A stretch of DNA of 63,910 nucleotides, filler included, from Atractiella rhizophila (taxonomy: Eukaryota), in NCBI GenBank assembly GCA_021432655.1. It is 5 parts of 4 records of this genome, joined end to end, with 100 filler letters (N's around TTAATTAATTAA, not from the genome) between each part and the next. Parts side by side here need not be neighbours in the genome. Positions count along the whole stretch, not along the records: positions 1 to 29,659 come from MU271183.1; 4 more parts are not named here. The stretch is one strand, 5' to 3'. Position numbers and translations under genes: made by a program. Shown one piece after another: positions 1-11,530 of this stretch. The notes under the pieces were generated by a model that was not told where the DNA came from, ran no database searches, and saw only the letters and a list, made by a program, of their open reading frames with translations. Numbering within the stretch: the first letter of the stretch is position 1; each line of letters opens with the position of its first letter.

Positions 1-1404
1 ATCCAACGCACCACTGCCACACCTCCCAAGGGCACCCATGACCATAACCCTCAACTTCCTTCCCAAATTCCTCTCCGCCTCCTCCTTCGCACGCTTCACC
101 TCCCTCAAACAAGCCTGCTCATTCTCCCACGGCCTCAACGGCCCCAACCTTCCTCCCTTACTTTGCTCTCTCCCACCCCCAAAACGCCGACAGCGGCTCC
201 AACCCATCCAGCCCAGAACCCGAACGCGGCCACACGTCGGCCGTTTGGGTGGACTAGGAACTCAAGGTCGTATAACATGCCTTTGCCTGATACCCAGCGA
301 TTGAGGACGTCGGACCAGCCGCCTTGGCGCTTGTAACAGTGGGCGAATGTGATGTGCGTGTGCGAGAGGGGATACGTCGAGGCGGACGGGGGAGGGATGG
401 GTAGAAGCTCCTTCAGTCCGAGGATTGGACGGGATGGAGGGGCGGAACGATAGCTGTTGTTGGGTACTAGTTCGCAGCCGACCCTGCTCAAAGTAGAAGG
501 TTATTAGCATGGACATTTATCGCACATGCAGGAATTGTTAATGCTCAATACGTAGAAACATGCGTGTCAATACATGCAGTAAACTAGTGCCAGAACGAGC
601 CAGAAGCGAACTGTCTAAAGAATGAGGAAGCTCCACCCAAAGTCCTGCATTCATCAAAGAGGACAAGCAAATTTGTGACGAAATATACATTCTCTGTGAG
701 GGTTGCTGAAGCTCATGGAAATAGTTTAAGTATTTTGCTCCAAACACTACCATATTATGCACACAGTCCTTCCATGATCGAGCCCGTCAAAGGACTCTAA
801 TCGCTGACTATCACAACTTCTTCCTCCTAGACTGGATTTAGCCCACAGGTGTCTGGCTTAATCTAGAGTACTTCAGCCAGTGGAACCAGCTGGCACCATC
901 ATTTAGAAAGTAGGAGACGCCTCGATCTTCTTAGCGAGGTCAAGTCCATTAAATCAAGGGGAAAGGGAAGGTAGATTTATTCGTTGATGGACTTTCCTCA
1001 AAGATGTATTCTTGTGAATAGAGCATGGATAGTCGGCACATATAAATGTTGTGATACTTTCTGTAGAAAAAAACCGCCAAAAATTGAGTCTTTTCATGTA
1101 AAAGAAAGCAATCCGTGCAATCGATTTCATCTCCCTCTCTTAATCTCACAACACATGACTGCAGAAATGCAGATAGATCCGTGACGAACACATTTTACAT
1201 CCCGAAGGCGAGAGAGAATACGCACTCTTCGAATTCCTTATCTGCAAACACCCTCTTCCCCGTCTCATACGTCTTCTCATCATCCCTCTCAACGTACACC
1301 TTCCATCCCTTCCCGATCAACGTCTTCGCTGCTGACGGCGTAAGGGCGGATCGTTGTTCAAACTCCTTGGTTTCTGTGCGCAGATGAATTTCGGGAGCGG
1401 CCAT
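1..1404 (-). CDS. LYS1: Saccharopine dehydrogenase (NAD+, L-lysine-forming), 3'-truncated by the window edge; exon 1 1404-1226, 742-nt intron 1225-484, exon 2 from 483
   Basis: Motifs [56 protein letters not shown] and [10 protein letters not shown]. The GTGCGT donor and GCTAAT..CAG acceptor join in frame (FEE-VGCEL). Confidence 0.93.
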
Positions 1405-2421
1405 TTTGAGGATTGTGAGCTGGGAGCAATAAGGTGCTATTGGTGATGGATGCTGAGATGATATCGTGTAGGATTTGATGCAGATTTGATGGGATTGTGG
1501 TGGCAACGCGTCGAGTCCCGCTTTTGAGATTGGGGATTTTGATGGATTCACGCTCAGTCTCAAATGCGGTGTGTAGGTTTTCAAACTTCGCACAAACCCA
1601 GCCAACCTGCAACTTCGAACTGCGAATTCTCCAGTCCCTCTTCCACCTCTCCAGCCTTAAGCAAAGCCTCTTCAAGATGAATATGGGTGGTCCGTGTCTC
1701 AGCCCTTCCATATTTCCCAAAAAAAGAAAAAAGAGTCTAAAATGGTGCTGTTGTGCGTGTAGACATGTTCGGCGGCCAAATGGGCCCTTCGCCAGCTGAG
1801 ATCGAGCTCATCCGGCTCGAGAGTAGATTGGTCATTCGAGGGTTCCTATGGACTGCCTTTTGGCTGCGTATCTGTGCGTCTCTCTTCCATCTATTCGTGT
1901 TGCAAAAGTGGTTGGCTGAGACGTGTATGTTGGGCGAAAAGCACCGTTTGCGTGGGACGTGGTTAGGTCGGTGTGGAGGGGGTTGTTTACTTCTCGCGCG
2001 TGAGAGCAGTGTGAGAGGTGAGAGGAGAAAAGTAGAAGTTTTGTCGTACACCTTTTAATGCTTGTGAATATATGCACATGTCCTCTCCATTTTGTGACGG
2101 TGTCTTCTCGTCTATTAGTTAGGGATTGTGCTCCTGAGAAAAATGGACAGCGATTGCGCAGTGTGGGGAGTTCGAGGTCCAGTATTGGGATTTGGAGACG
2201 CGTTGCCAACATTGGACTGAGGCAGCTTTCACTCCTATCAGCGATCACCAGAGCAAGCCAGGGTTATGTTGATGTTTTCAACAGCTTGAAGGGATGCAAC
2301 GAATGAAATATTTTCCATCAATTCAATAATATAAACATGACAAACAACACAATCTACAACGAACGGAAGGTTTCTCAGCCCTATTAAACTTAAACCGACC
2401 ACTAAAACGACGACCAGGAAT

Positions 2422-4858
2422 CTATCCACATAACTGAAGATTATACACAGTCCACTGAAGCCAAGCTACCATCCACAAGCCATTAGTTTAATGTTCTGCA
2501 AAATGAACAAAAAGAAAGTGCAGAAGACGAACCTTCCATAGCCATCGTATCCCGAAAGTGTGCACCATCTATACTCGTCCTAGCGAACGGAAGCGTGCTC
2601 TCGAACCCATCGAACCACTCCATCCTCGCCCCCGGATTATCTTTCCTGAAACGAGACAACGCTTCAATTGTCTTCTCGGACCACGAAGAGAGGCGTGAGG
2701 GCGTCCGCCAATCTCGATTATCCCACCTAACACATCAAGCTTCAGCCTCCCGCGGGGACTCAATGAGAAAGAGGAAGGAGACGTACGAATATTTTTGGTT
2801 GCGTAACGGGTAGGCGGGAGTGGTGATGAAGAGTATCCGCGGGAGTCTTCCAGAGTGAAAGGCTCGTGAAAGCCTGCCCAATACGCTTTGGATGCCGCGA
2901 ACGAAGCGGTCGGTGGACCAGTGTTCGAAGGCTTGATGTGCTCCCTGCAAGTCATGTCGGTTTTAAGAACAGGGGTGGATGAGGACGCACTGTGGAGAGG
3001 ATAAAGGTATCTGCTCGCTTCAGTTGTTTGGACGTTAGACGAGCAAGGAAGTGGTCCCATTGGAATTGGAGCTCGACGTTTCCGATGTAATCCTTCTTAT
3101 ATACTCCTTTCTCCTGTATTCCAACACCCAACACAATACGTTAGTTCGCGACTCTATGACTGCCGGCAGAAGAGTCGAAACTTGACGGTCCACGAAGAGA
3201 AAACATACGTAAGAGGCATTCCTCCCCTCGCCTTTCAGCCTCGGTACAAGGGCATCATAAAGCATCCTCATATGGCTATCTCCCCTCAACACGATCCTCC
3301 TCTTCCGCGCCAAACAAACCTCCTTCACTTCCCTCTCCTCCGCACTCAAACCCTCATTATCGCTCAACAAGATCATCGTATTACGATCGAACATGCATCC
3401 GTAAGGGACGAAGCCGTACTTGCCCGTGCCTTCTGAGAGGGATTGGGGAAAGGAGAGCTGTGGAGAGGAGTCAGGAAGATATGTCCCGCTTATGGAGCCG
3501 AGAGGACAGAGCGGTAGGTTTTCATTTTCCAGCGAAAATTCGCTGTCATCCAAGGAGTCTTGGAGGGGAGAAGAAGTGGAAGTGGAGGAATAATCGAGAG
3601 TCCTTAGAGCAGAGAGATGTGTTTGGTTCTTTGGACTGAACGAGAAAGAGATGCAAGAGGATGGACAGAGGAGAGATTGGATTGGTAGGGCTTCGGAGTT
3701 CAGTCCGGGGATGGAATATCGGCTTGTCCTTTGGATCGAAGACTGAAGTAGGGGCGTATCGAGGATGACTGGCTACCTGGGAATCTTTTCGTCCACGAGT
3801 TCCCCTTCATACTTCTTTCCCAGATAAACCTCCCCATCGCGTTCGAACGACTCAATCATCCCGTCCCAATTCTCGTATACCCAGTTGACAGCCAAGCGGA
3901 ACGGCGAACCGCCATTCTTGACCTCCACGCCAAAAAAGTATTCGCAGCCTCCTCCCCCTATCTCTTCCTCTCCGTCAACAGGCGTACGACGAAACCGAAA
4001 CGGGCGAATGATGCTCTTCCTCTCTGAGCCTGTGATATCAATGATGAAAGAGTCAGGTCCGAGGAGTTCTTCCGCCAACGTCGACTCTTGGCCATTTCTC
4101 GTCAATCCTCCACCTTCAATCGGAGGAAGGTGACAGCCCTCCTTCCTTTGTATGCGAAGGACGAAGGAATTGCATGCCATCTGCGCGCGAAGGTGTCGAG
4201 GGGGACGACACTGTGAAACCACGAAGGGATTGGGACGCGGATATGTCCACAGCTTAGCTGACAATTGACGCAGCGTTAGGATCGGTTCGCATTCTAATTC
4301 CTCCTCCTCTTCAGCTTCGCCTGAGGCGGGAGAGAGAGACCAATGTATCTGTTCGGCGGAGTGCAGGGATGGACATTTCAATGTTTCTTCTGTTTCTTTT
4401 TCGGAGGAGAACGCCGCTGGGACAAGCAAATCGGCATCGAGGGAATTGTTGATTTCGGGTTCGACAGCTGGATGCGGATGTGGTGGGCGAGAGAGGGAGA
4501 AGGTCGAGGGAAAGGGAGATGGAGAGTCGGAGGAAAAGAGGTATAAAAGAAAAGCAATGCCCAAAAGCAAAGCAACGGCAGACTTTGCTCTCTTAATCAA
4601 GATGGAGCGCCAGCCAGTGAATCCAGCTGGAGCAAGAACAAGAGGTGCGGCTTGTTTGTCAACTGCGAACATGTCGACGTCGAATGTTGGAGGATGTTCC
4701 TTGAATTTCGACGGTAGGGAAGAAGAGATATTGGTATTAATATTGGTTGCTAGTGAATGGGTATCCACGGTGCGCTGCCTCTTGTGCAGACCGTTCGACA
4801 GAGCGGCTTTGAGCGATCGAGTCTTGAGATTCCACTCCTGATGAAATCCCGTTCGCAT
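2422..4858 (-). CDS. Type II membrane protein with C-terminal SGNH/PC-esterase-like domain (putative glycan acetyl-esterase/-transferase), multi-exon; start uncertain
   Basis: N-terminal TM segment (AVALLLGIAFLLYLF), GDS motif (IVLRGDSHMR), DxxH motif (SIDGAHF), and a last exon reading WLQWTVYNLQLCG*. Confidence 0.7.
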
Positions 4859-6120
4859 CGTTCTTGCCGTTCTTGCTCTCTCGCGCTTGTCTATAGATCT
4901 ATGCGTTGGACACAACAGCTAAGTTGTTGTTCGATGGAGAGGAGAATGAAGTGAATGAATGAGGAACTTGAAGCAGCCCAGTAAATCAGCGATAAAATAT
5001 AAGGGAATCGAGATGTCAAAGTGAGAGAGGGAGATTCTTCTTAACCACTCAGCCAGCCTGAGAAAGCAGAATACATCGAAACGAGGCCATCCTCAAGTGT
5101 ATATCGCCATTGGCAAGCGTCACAAATTAACTGCAAGATCAACGCAGATCCTAAAACTCGCCATCACTCCAAGCGAAACTGGAATTCAACAAAACCAGGG
5201 CCTGTCTCACCACAGGATAAGTGCATAACGATCCACACCGCTCATGTTCGTGTGGTAGAGAGCGTAAAAAACCGAATCAGGAACACATAATGAAAGATCG
5301 TTGCTCGCGCAATCACTTCCCTTGGCCCGCAATTCAAAATTTGGGGAGCTGGCAATCCATTGCCGTGGAGAGGTGCAGGGAATGAGCCTGGCGGGTAAAG
5401 AGCCCATTCAAGCGGATTTGGTGGTTGGTTGTGGAAGCTTGGACTGCACGTGCCTCGAATCTCACTGACAATATGTTCACACTTTCTCAATGCGCTGAAC
5501 AGAAGCGCATGTGAACTTGAAGCTAAGAGAAAGGATAGATTTATACACTATTCATTTCATTACTCACACCATTCCCCATTACGCCTTGCTGACAAAGAAA
5601 AGACGAGAGATGGGGTAGGAAGTTCGAAGGGGGAGGGGAAGAGGGTGCTCGAAAGACTTTGTAAGGATAAGGCCAGTAATATGGCGAGAAAGAAATGGAG
5701 AAATCGAAAAAAGAAGAGAAAGAAAAGGAAAATCATTGGTTCTTATTGTGGGAGACATATAGAGGTTGTTGAGACCGGAGAGAAGTTGTGGAGTTACGAT
5801 GAGGCTGTTTTAATACTAAAGGATAGAGAGGAGAGGGATAAGAAGACAGCTTTGAGCAAAGAAGAGGGAAGAGGAGAGAGAAAAGCCCAAATAAACCCTA
5901 ACGCGGAATTTGTACTCTGAAATCGATTATCGAAATAAAAGGAAGGAAGAAGAGTGACGCGACGGGACATAAGAAAGTTGGTGTCCTCGTTTGAAGACCG
6001 ACAAACGAGCTCTTTTACTCGAAATCTTCCTCCTTTCGATTTTGATTAGTCGGCTAAATCAATCCACGAATCAGTTCAAATCGAGAGGCAGATGCAAAGA
6101 AAGAAAGGTTGCGGACCTGC

Positions 6121-8680
6121 TCATTCGACGTTCGTCTCCTCCACTCCATCGCCTCCATCTCCAGTTCCATCATAATTGGCAGTGTCGTACTGTTCCACAC
6201 CTCCATCTGCATCATTGTTGAATCCCCTTCCGCCTCCCCTCATCTGCCCATGATTGAATCCCATACTTCGCGGCTACACCAATCAACCAGATCAATCATC
6301 CTTCGTTTGAAAAGGCACGGGAGAAAAACGCACTGGGTTGCCGCATCGGTCCTTCCCGTAAGCGATCTTGAGCTTGGCATAGTCCTCGTGCTGCTTCATT
6401 CCCTCAATAGCCTTGATGGCGTGTGCGATGTTGGTACTATGAAATATAGACACAAGTCAGTGATGAACAAGGGAAGAGACAGAGGGATGGACGCACAAAT
6501 TACAGAAAGCGCAATTCTTTTCTTTCAACAAATTCACCAATTCAATTTCACCGAAAGCCCCAAAATCAGTTCTAATCTTCTCCTCCGTGTATGTATCGAA
6601 ATCATCAATACTATAGACAAAAATACGTCAACACTTGCTCCTGTGCTAGATTGGCGGGAAATTGGCCACTCACTTCCCAATGTATATGTTCCTGGAGCCT
6701 CCAGATTGAACAACCATCGCAATACCAGGAGAAGGAGGTCCAGAATGCTTGCCCCATCCGACCTTGAGCCTTCTGTTATGAAGAGCGATTCCTTGGAAGG
6801 TCGCCATATGATAGAACGCAACGGCAGCGTTAGGACTATGCAACAGTGACCAACAATCAGTGACCCAGACTTCTTCGTGACAGAAAGAAAAGCCTCACTC
6901 AACAAAGGTGACAAAACAGATGTGCTTATCAGGAATATACCTGACCTGCTGCAAGATTCCACCACGGATGGTGTTACAGATCTCCTCGGTCGTCGTCTCG
7001 GGATGAATATTTCCAAGGTAGACGGTCCTATTACCCGCTTGGGCAGGGTCAACAGTGAGAGAGTTGAACCCAAAGTTGCTAGCCATCGGACTTCCAGCAT
7101 TATAACCAGCCGTGTATCCATACCCAGTGGCGTTAGCAGCCATGGCAGCGGCGGCCATATTGTGCTGTTGTTGCTGGTGCTGGTTCTTGGGGACATAAGC
7201 GCATCGGTCCTTTCCATAATTGACTCTTCTTCCCGCCCAAGCTGGCTCTTGAGTAAGCGTTTGGACCACCTTGATGGCTGTAGCGATAGAGAGGAAATGA
7301 ACGAATCCAATGTTCTTGTCTCGCACAATCTTGACCTGGTCAATAGGACCGAATCGTTGAAGGTCGTCCCTCAGCTGCTGTTCCGTCATGTTCTCATCCA
7401 AGTTTCCGAGGTAAACGTTCCTCGTCGCTCCAGATTGCTGGACTGCCATCACCACGTTTGCGGGGACAGCGGAAGGCTTTCCCCATCCGATCTTGAGCTC
7501 CTGGTCGTGCAGGCGGAGCTTCCTCATCAAGGCATCCGAGTGGAAAGCTGCAGCAGTAACAGGATCCAAGAAAGAGACGAACGCGCAGTTCTTCTCTGGG
7601 AGGATCTTGACATTATCGATAGGGCCAAATCTCACGAGGTTAAGGAGTTCATCGACGGATGCATCGGCAGGAAGGTTTCCAACGTAGACCGTCCTTCCAG
7701 TTTGGCCCATTCCTCCAGATCCAGGGCTGCCAAGGTTCATTCCCGCACCCCTATTCCGCCATACGCATCAACACACTGGCCTATTGAACTAAAGAGGAAG
7801 GGAACGGACATCATGCTTCCCATGTTGGACATGCCAACAGCCATAGCCGCTGCCTGCTGCATCTGCATCGGGTTGCTCAAGCCAGCGGTATTGGGGGAGA
7901 GGAGTCCCATTCCTCCCATTCCAAGCGCGGCGGTGCCATTCGTTCCATTTCCATAAGGGGCGTTGGAAATGGCGGACTGACTGAGAGCCGGAGAGGAGAA
8001 GCCAGCGTTGAAATTATTGTTGTATCCTCCGTATCCCCCAGCGGAAGACCCAAAGTTCTGAGAATTTCCATTTGCGCCATTCATTCCTCCAGCACCACCG
8101 CCGGATCCCATGTTGAATGTAGCAGGATTGGTAGCGGGCGATCCCATGTAAGGTGACGTGGAAGAAGAGCCGTAGCCGCCGGTCATGCCTGTGTTGGCTC
8201 CACCAGTCATACCTCCCAAGCCTTGGAACGCATCTGCTGCGCTTCATTATGTCTTGCATAAGAAAAATTTTCAATGGAACGAACCATAAGAACCCATATT
8301 GTTCACAAAGCCACTTCCCTGTCCAAAACCGCCTCCCATAGTGTTCATCCCATTGGCTAACACTTCATTTAACTCCATCCGACCTGACAAATGAGACAGG
8401 ACGAACCATACAAATCGTATCCCCCTTGACCATTTCCTTGATTTCCATTCGCACCTCTGCTGTTACCAGGTCCATAAGCGTTGAACCTGGGCTTCTTATC
8501 CATTCCAGTTCCTCCTGTATTTCCCTCGTATGCTCGCTTCATCAGGTCGAAATCTGCACCGGGACTGTTGGATTGAGTGTTGGAGGGTGATGCGTCGAGC
8601 TGTGTCGGCGAGGCGCCAGCCGCAGCAGGGAGGCCAGTAGGGTAGGGATAGGGAGCGTAAGCGCGCGATTCGTCCATCAT
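6121..8680 (-). CDS. Multi-RRM RNA-binding protein, S. pombe Nrd1/Msa2 / S. cerevisiae Mrn1 type, multi-exon
   Basis: Repeated RRMs ([45 protein letters not shown] twice) and a Gly/Asn/Met-rich N-terminus. Confidence 0.88.
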
Positions 8681-10039
8681 CGAGGCGGTATCGAGATTTG
8701 AGGTCGAAGGTTGGTATAAATGAAGTTTGTGAAAGCAAGACCGAAGGCAAGATAAGGATGATAGGAGAGGACGAAGAAAGCAAATCCAAGGTCAGAATTT
8801 GTTCAAGCTGTATGTGGGTAATGGGTGAATGAGCAAATCAAATAGCGAACCGAAAAGTTTGAAAAATCCGGAAGAAATCCAATCCAAGCAAAGAAGGAAT
8901 CTGTTTGATATATCAAGTTGTAGATAAATAGGGTTTGCTCTGGGTATTATTTGATTGTTGGGGAGTGTGCACTGCGATTGCAAACGTTTTCGAGGAGATT
9001 AGAGTTGAAAACCAAGAAAGGAAGGACTTCTTTGAAGACCAATATTTATTTGAAAATCGAAGGTTATTTTCTTTTTAATCGAATAAAAAGGAAGAGAGGT
9101 ATGGACGGCAACTAAGAGGGAATAACCGTACCGATTATTGTGATAAAAGAGTTTTTTTCGAAATCCAACTTCGAATTGGTCGGTCGAGTCTTCAAGAGAA
9201 GCTACTGACAGGAGCCTAGAGAAGTTCGAAGGAAAGGAATAAGGATATATCCAACCAACTAAGGAAGGAATGTGGGGTAGGAAGGAGTGATAAACCCAAA
9301 GGGCAGCCGACACCTTTTGATGAAGATGAAGGAAGAAATCCACACCTCAATCAATTATTGAAGGATTCAAGAATCAAATCCTCTAATCTTTTAACGTCAC
9401 GTCAACTGAAGAAACCTCTTCAACAACCGAACGTCGAAATGTCGAAAAAAAATCGAACAATCGAATGGAGGTAGAGCAGGAGGGAGGTCGGCGAAGACGT
9501 GGACGAGTTTTTCTATGGTCGGAAGTGCGTGGCAAGTAAGGGAAGAGAGGCCGAAAGTGACAATGTGCGCGGTTCGGGTTAGCGTGTCCCAAACAGTCAG
9601 ACCATGCGCCAAAAGAAAATCATCAGCCGTCGCTCCGCCACTCAAAATTCCTCAGAAAAACGCCTCCAGAGTCGCAAATGACCCAGCCGGCGTTCAGATA
9701 GGGTAAGGAAAGGATGCTCACCTACGAGAAACTCGAAAAAGCAGCGAGAAAAAACAAAGAAAAGAAGAAGTCGACGTGCTGGTCGTTCCGTGAGGTTCAA
9801 AAGAAGGATAATGTCCCTAACCCTATCACCGTTTCAGTCGGTTCTGCGATCGCCTTCCACTTCTATCGACTAAATCCTCATTTTCGGGTCTTTTGTCCTA
9901 TTTTCCAGTTCGTCCCAAGTTCATCCCAGTCGACATATCAATCTTCGCCGACCTTTGTTCTGCATCTGCATCTGCATTCGCATCTGAAGGAGCCTGAGAG
10001 CATCTGATTGTGGCTGAAAGGAGCAGAGGAATTCGAACA

Positions 10040-11286
10040 ATGTTCGTCCTCTCCACAATCAAAGTTGGTGCTCCTATTTCCCCTTCCCTTTTTCTAGTCA
10101 TTTCTAGCTTTCAGATGGTCAGACAAAGGCTGAATTGTTTCATGTTTGGACAGGACACAATCAAGATCCTTCCACATGATTTCGACGTCGACGTTCCCGT
10201 GGCATTGATGAGAGCCATTGGGAAGAAGTATCAGAATAAAGTAATGCTTCTTCTATCTCTTCCAGAAGAAATGATTTACTAAAATGAATGTAGGTGCTTC
10301 CAGGAGTTGGACTGGTTATTGCTCCACACACAATCCTCAGCACAACAGAAGGAATAGTGTATTATGGCGATGGATGCTTGTACTATAAAGGTCTGTCTTT
10401 TGTTGCTTTTGTCGTTATGTTATATTCCTTGGATTCATCACTTTCCTGTAGCATCAAAGACCTGACATTTTGCCTTTTGTGGATAGTGAAGTTCACGCTT
10501 GCCATTTTCCAGCCTTTCGAAGGCGAGACCTTGGTCGCAAACGTCCAATCTTCGTCAACAAAGGGCATCCGATGTACGAAATGACGTTCTCCCTACCCCT
10601 ACTATTAATCAGCATGGGCGGCAGTGACATGTACATTCTTCAACGACATTTACATCCCATCTTCCTCTTTCCCACCACACTCCGCATAGTCCGTTTCCTT
10701 CCTATTGTGCTCTATCAAGGGATTCACGCGCCGGTTGGGAACAGTGATCCTGATCTCGGACTCCATTTTTGGGCTCCGTCAGCAGAAGAAGGCGATCGAG
10801 ATCCCCTGAGCACAGATCCCAGCGAGAGGCTCTACTTGGACAAAGGTCAGTCCTCGATCTTTTGTTCATTTTTCGAACCTAGCCCTTACTGCTGGGCTGC
10901 TGGATGCGATGGAATGTTGGCGTAGGGGACGCCATCCGCTTCCGCGTCTCTACCGTGGAATACGACGAATCTGCTGTCGTTGGAAACTTGCCAGAAGCAG
11001 AGTTGGAGAAGAGGGGAAAGGCGGTGATGAAAGTTTTCGTAAGTTTCCCTCTGCTGACTTTTCTCCTCCATCTTCGTCCTACGTTCCCTCCCCTAGTCCT
11101 CGCTCGAACTCTCTTCGTCAATCATTTTCCTATGCCTTATGGTGACAGGAAGATGCGACTTGGAAAGGACGACTGACATGCTCAAGGAACTTTGAAACTG
11201 ATCTTGAGTATGAACAGGGAACGATTGCTGATCAGGGACTGGGTAATTTAGAGTGGTGGGTAAACGTAGAGGCAATGGAAGAGTGA
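10040..11286 (+). CDS. RPC25: RNA polymerase III subunit C25 (Rpb7 family), multi-exon
   Basis: Spliced MFVLSTIK-DTIKILPHDF..KKYQNK-VLPGVGL..YGDG..VKFTLAIFQPFEGE..IRFRV..GTIADQGLGNLEWW. Confidence 0.88.
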
Positions 11287-11530
11287 TGTTGCCTCTTCAT
11301 TTTCTTCTCGTCCAAAATGTAGTAATAGTACGCATTTTTGTCACGTTAAACTATTTCCTACGTACACGATGCAAACCTACTAGTCATACAAAAGAAAAAG
11401 GCTTAGAATCCAGAAAGGATATCATGAAGTTCACTCCTAACATTTGAAGCATCACACTTTGTACCACGTAACATCTACAAATGACCTCGACAGATGACAA
11501 CATGCACGAATATACATCACTTAAACCTAA

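Noticed and set aside
989..999. Minus-strand GAGGAAAGTCC resembling bacterial RNase P CR-I
   Set aside because: It pairs locally in a simple hairpin and no properly spaced CR-V is present.
803..1037. CTGACTA/TAGTCGG resembling group I intron P7
   Set aside because: It is antisense to LYS1, the bulged base and J8/7 are non-consensus, and P3/P4/P6 cannot be identified. The host intron is spliceosomal.
6109..7956. Long + strand ORFs (246 and 359 aa) and similar antisense ORFs elsewhere
   Set aside because: They are shadow frames opposite well-supported genes.
9815..9826. CCCTAACCCTA telomere/telomerase-template-like word
   Set aside because: Under two repeats in a promoter region; at most a telobox-type site.
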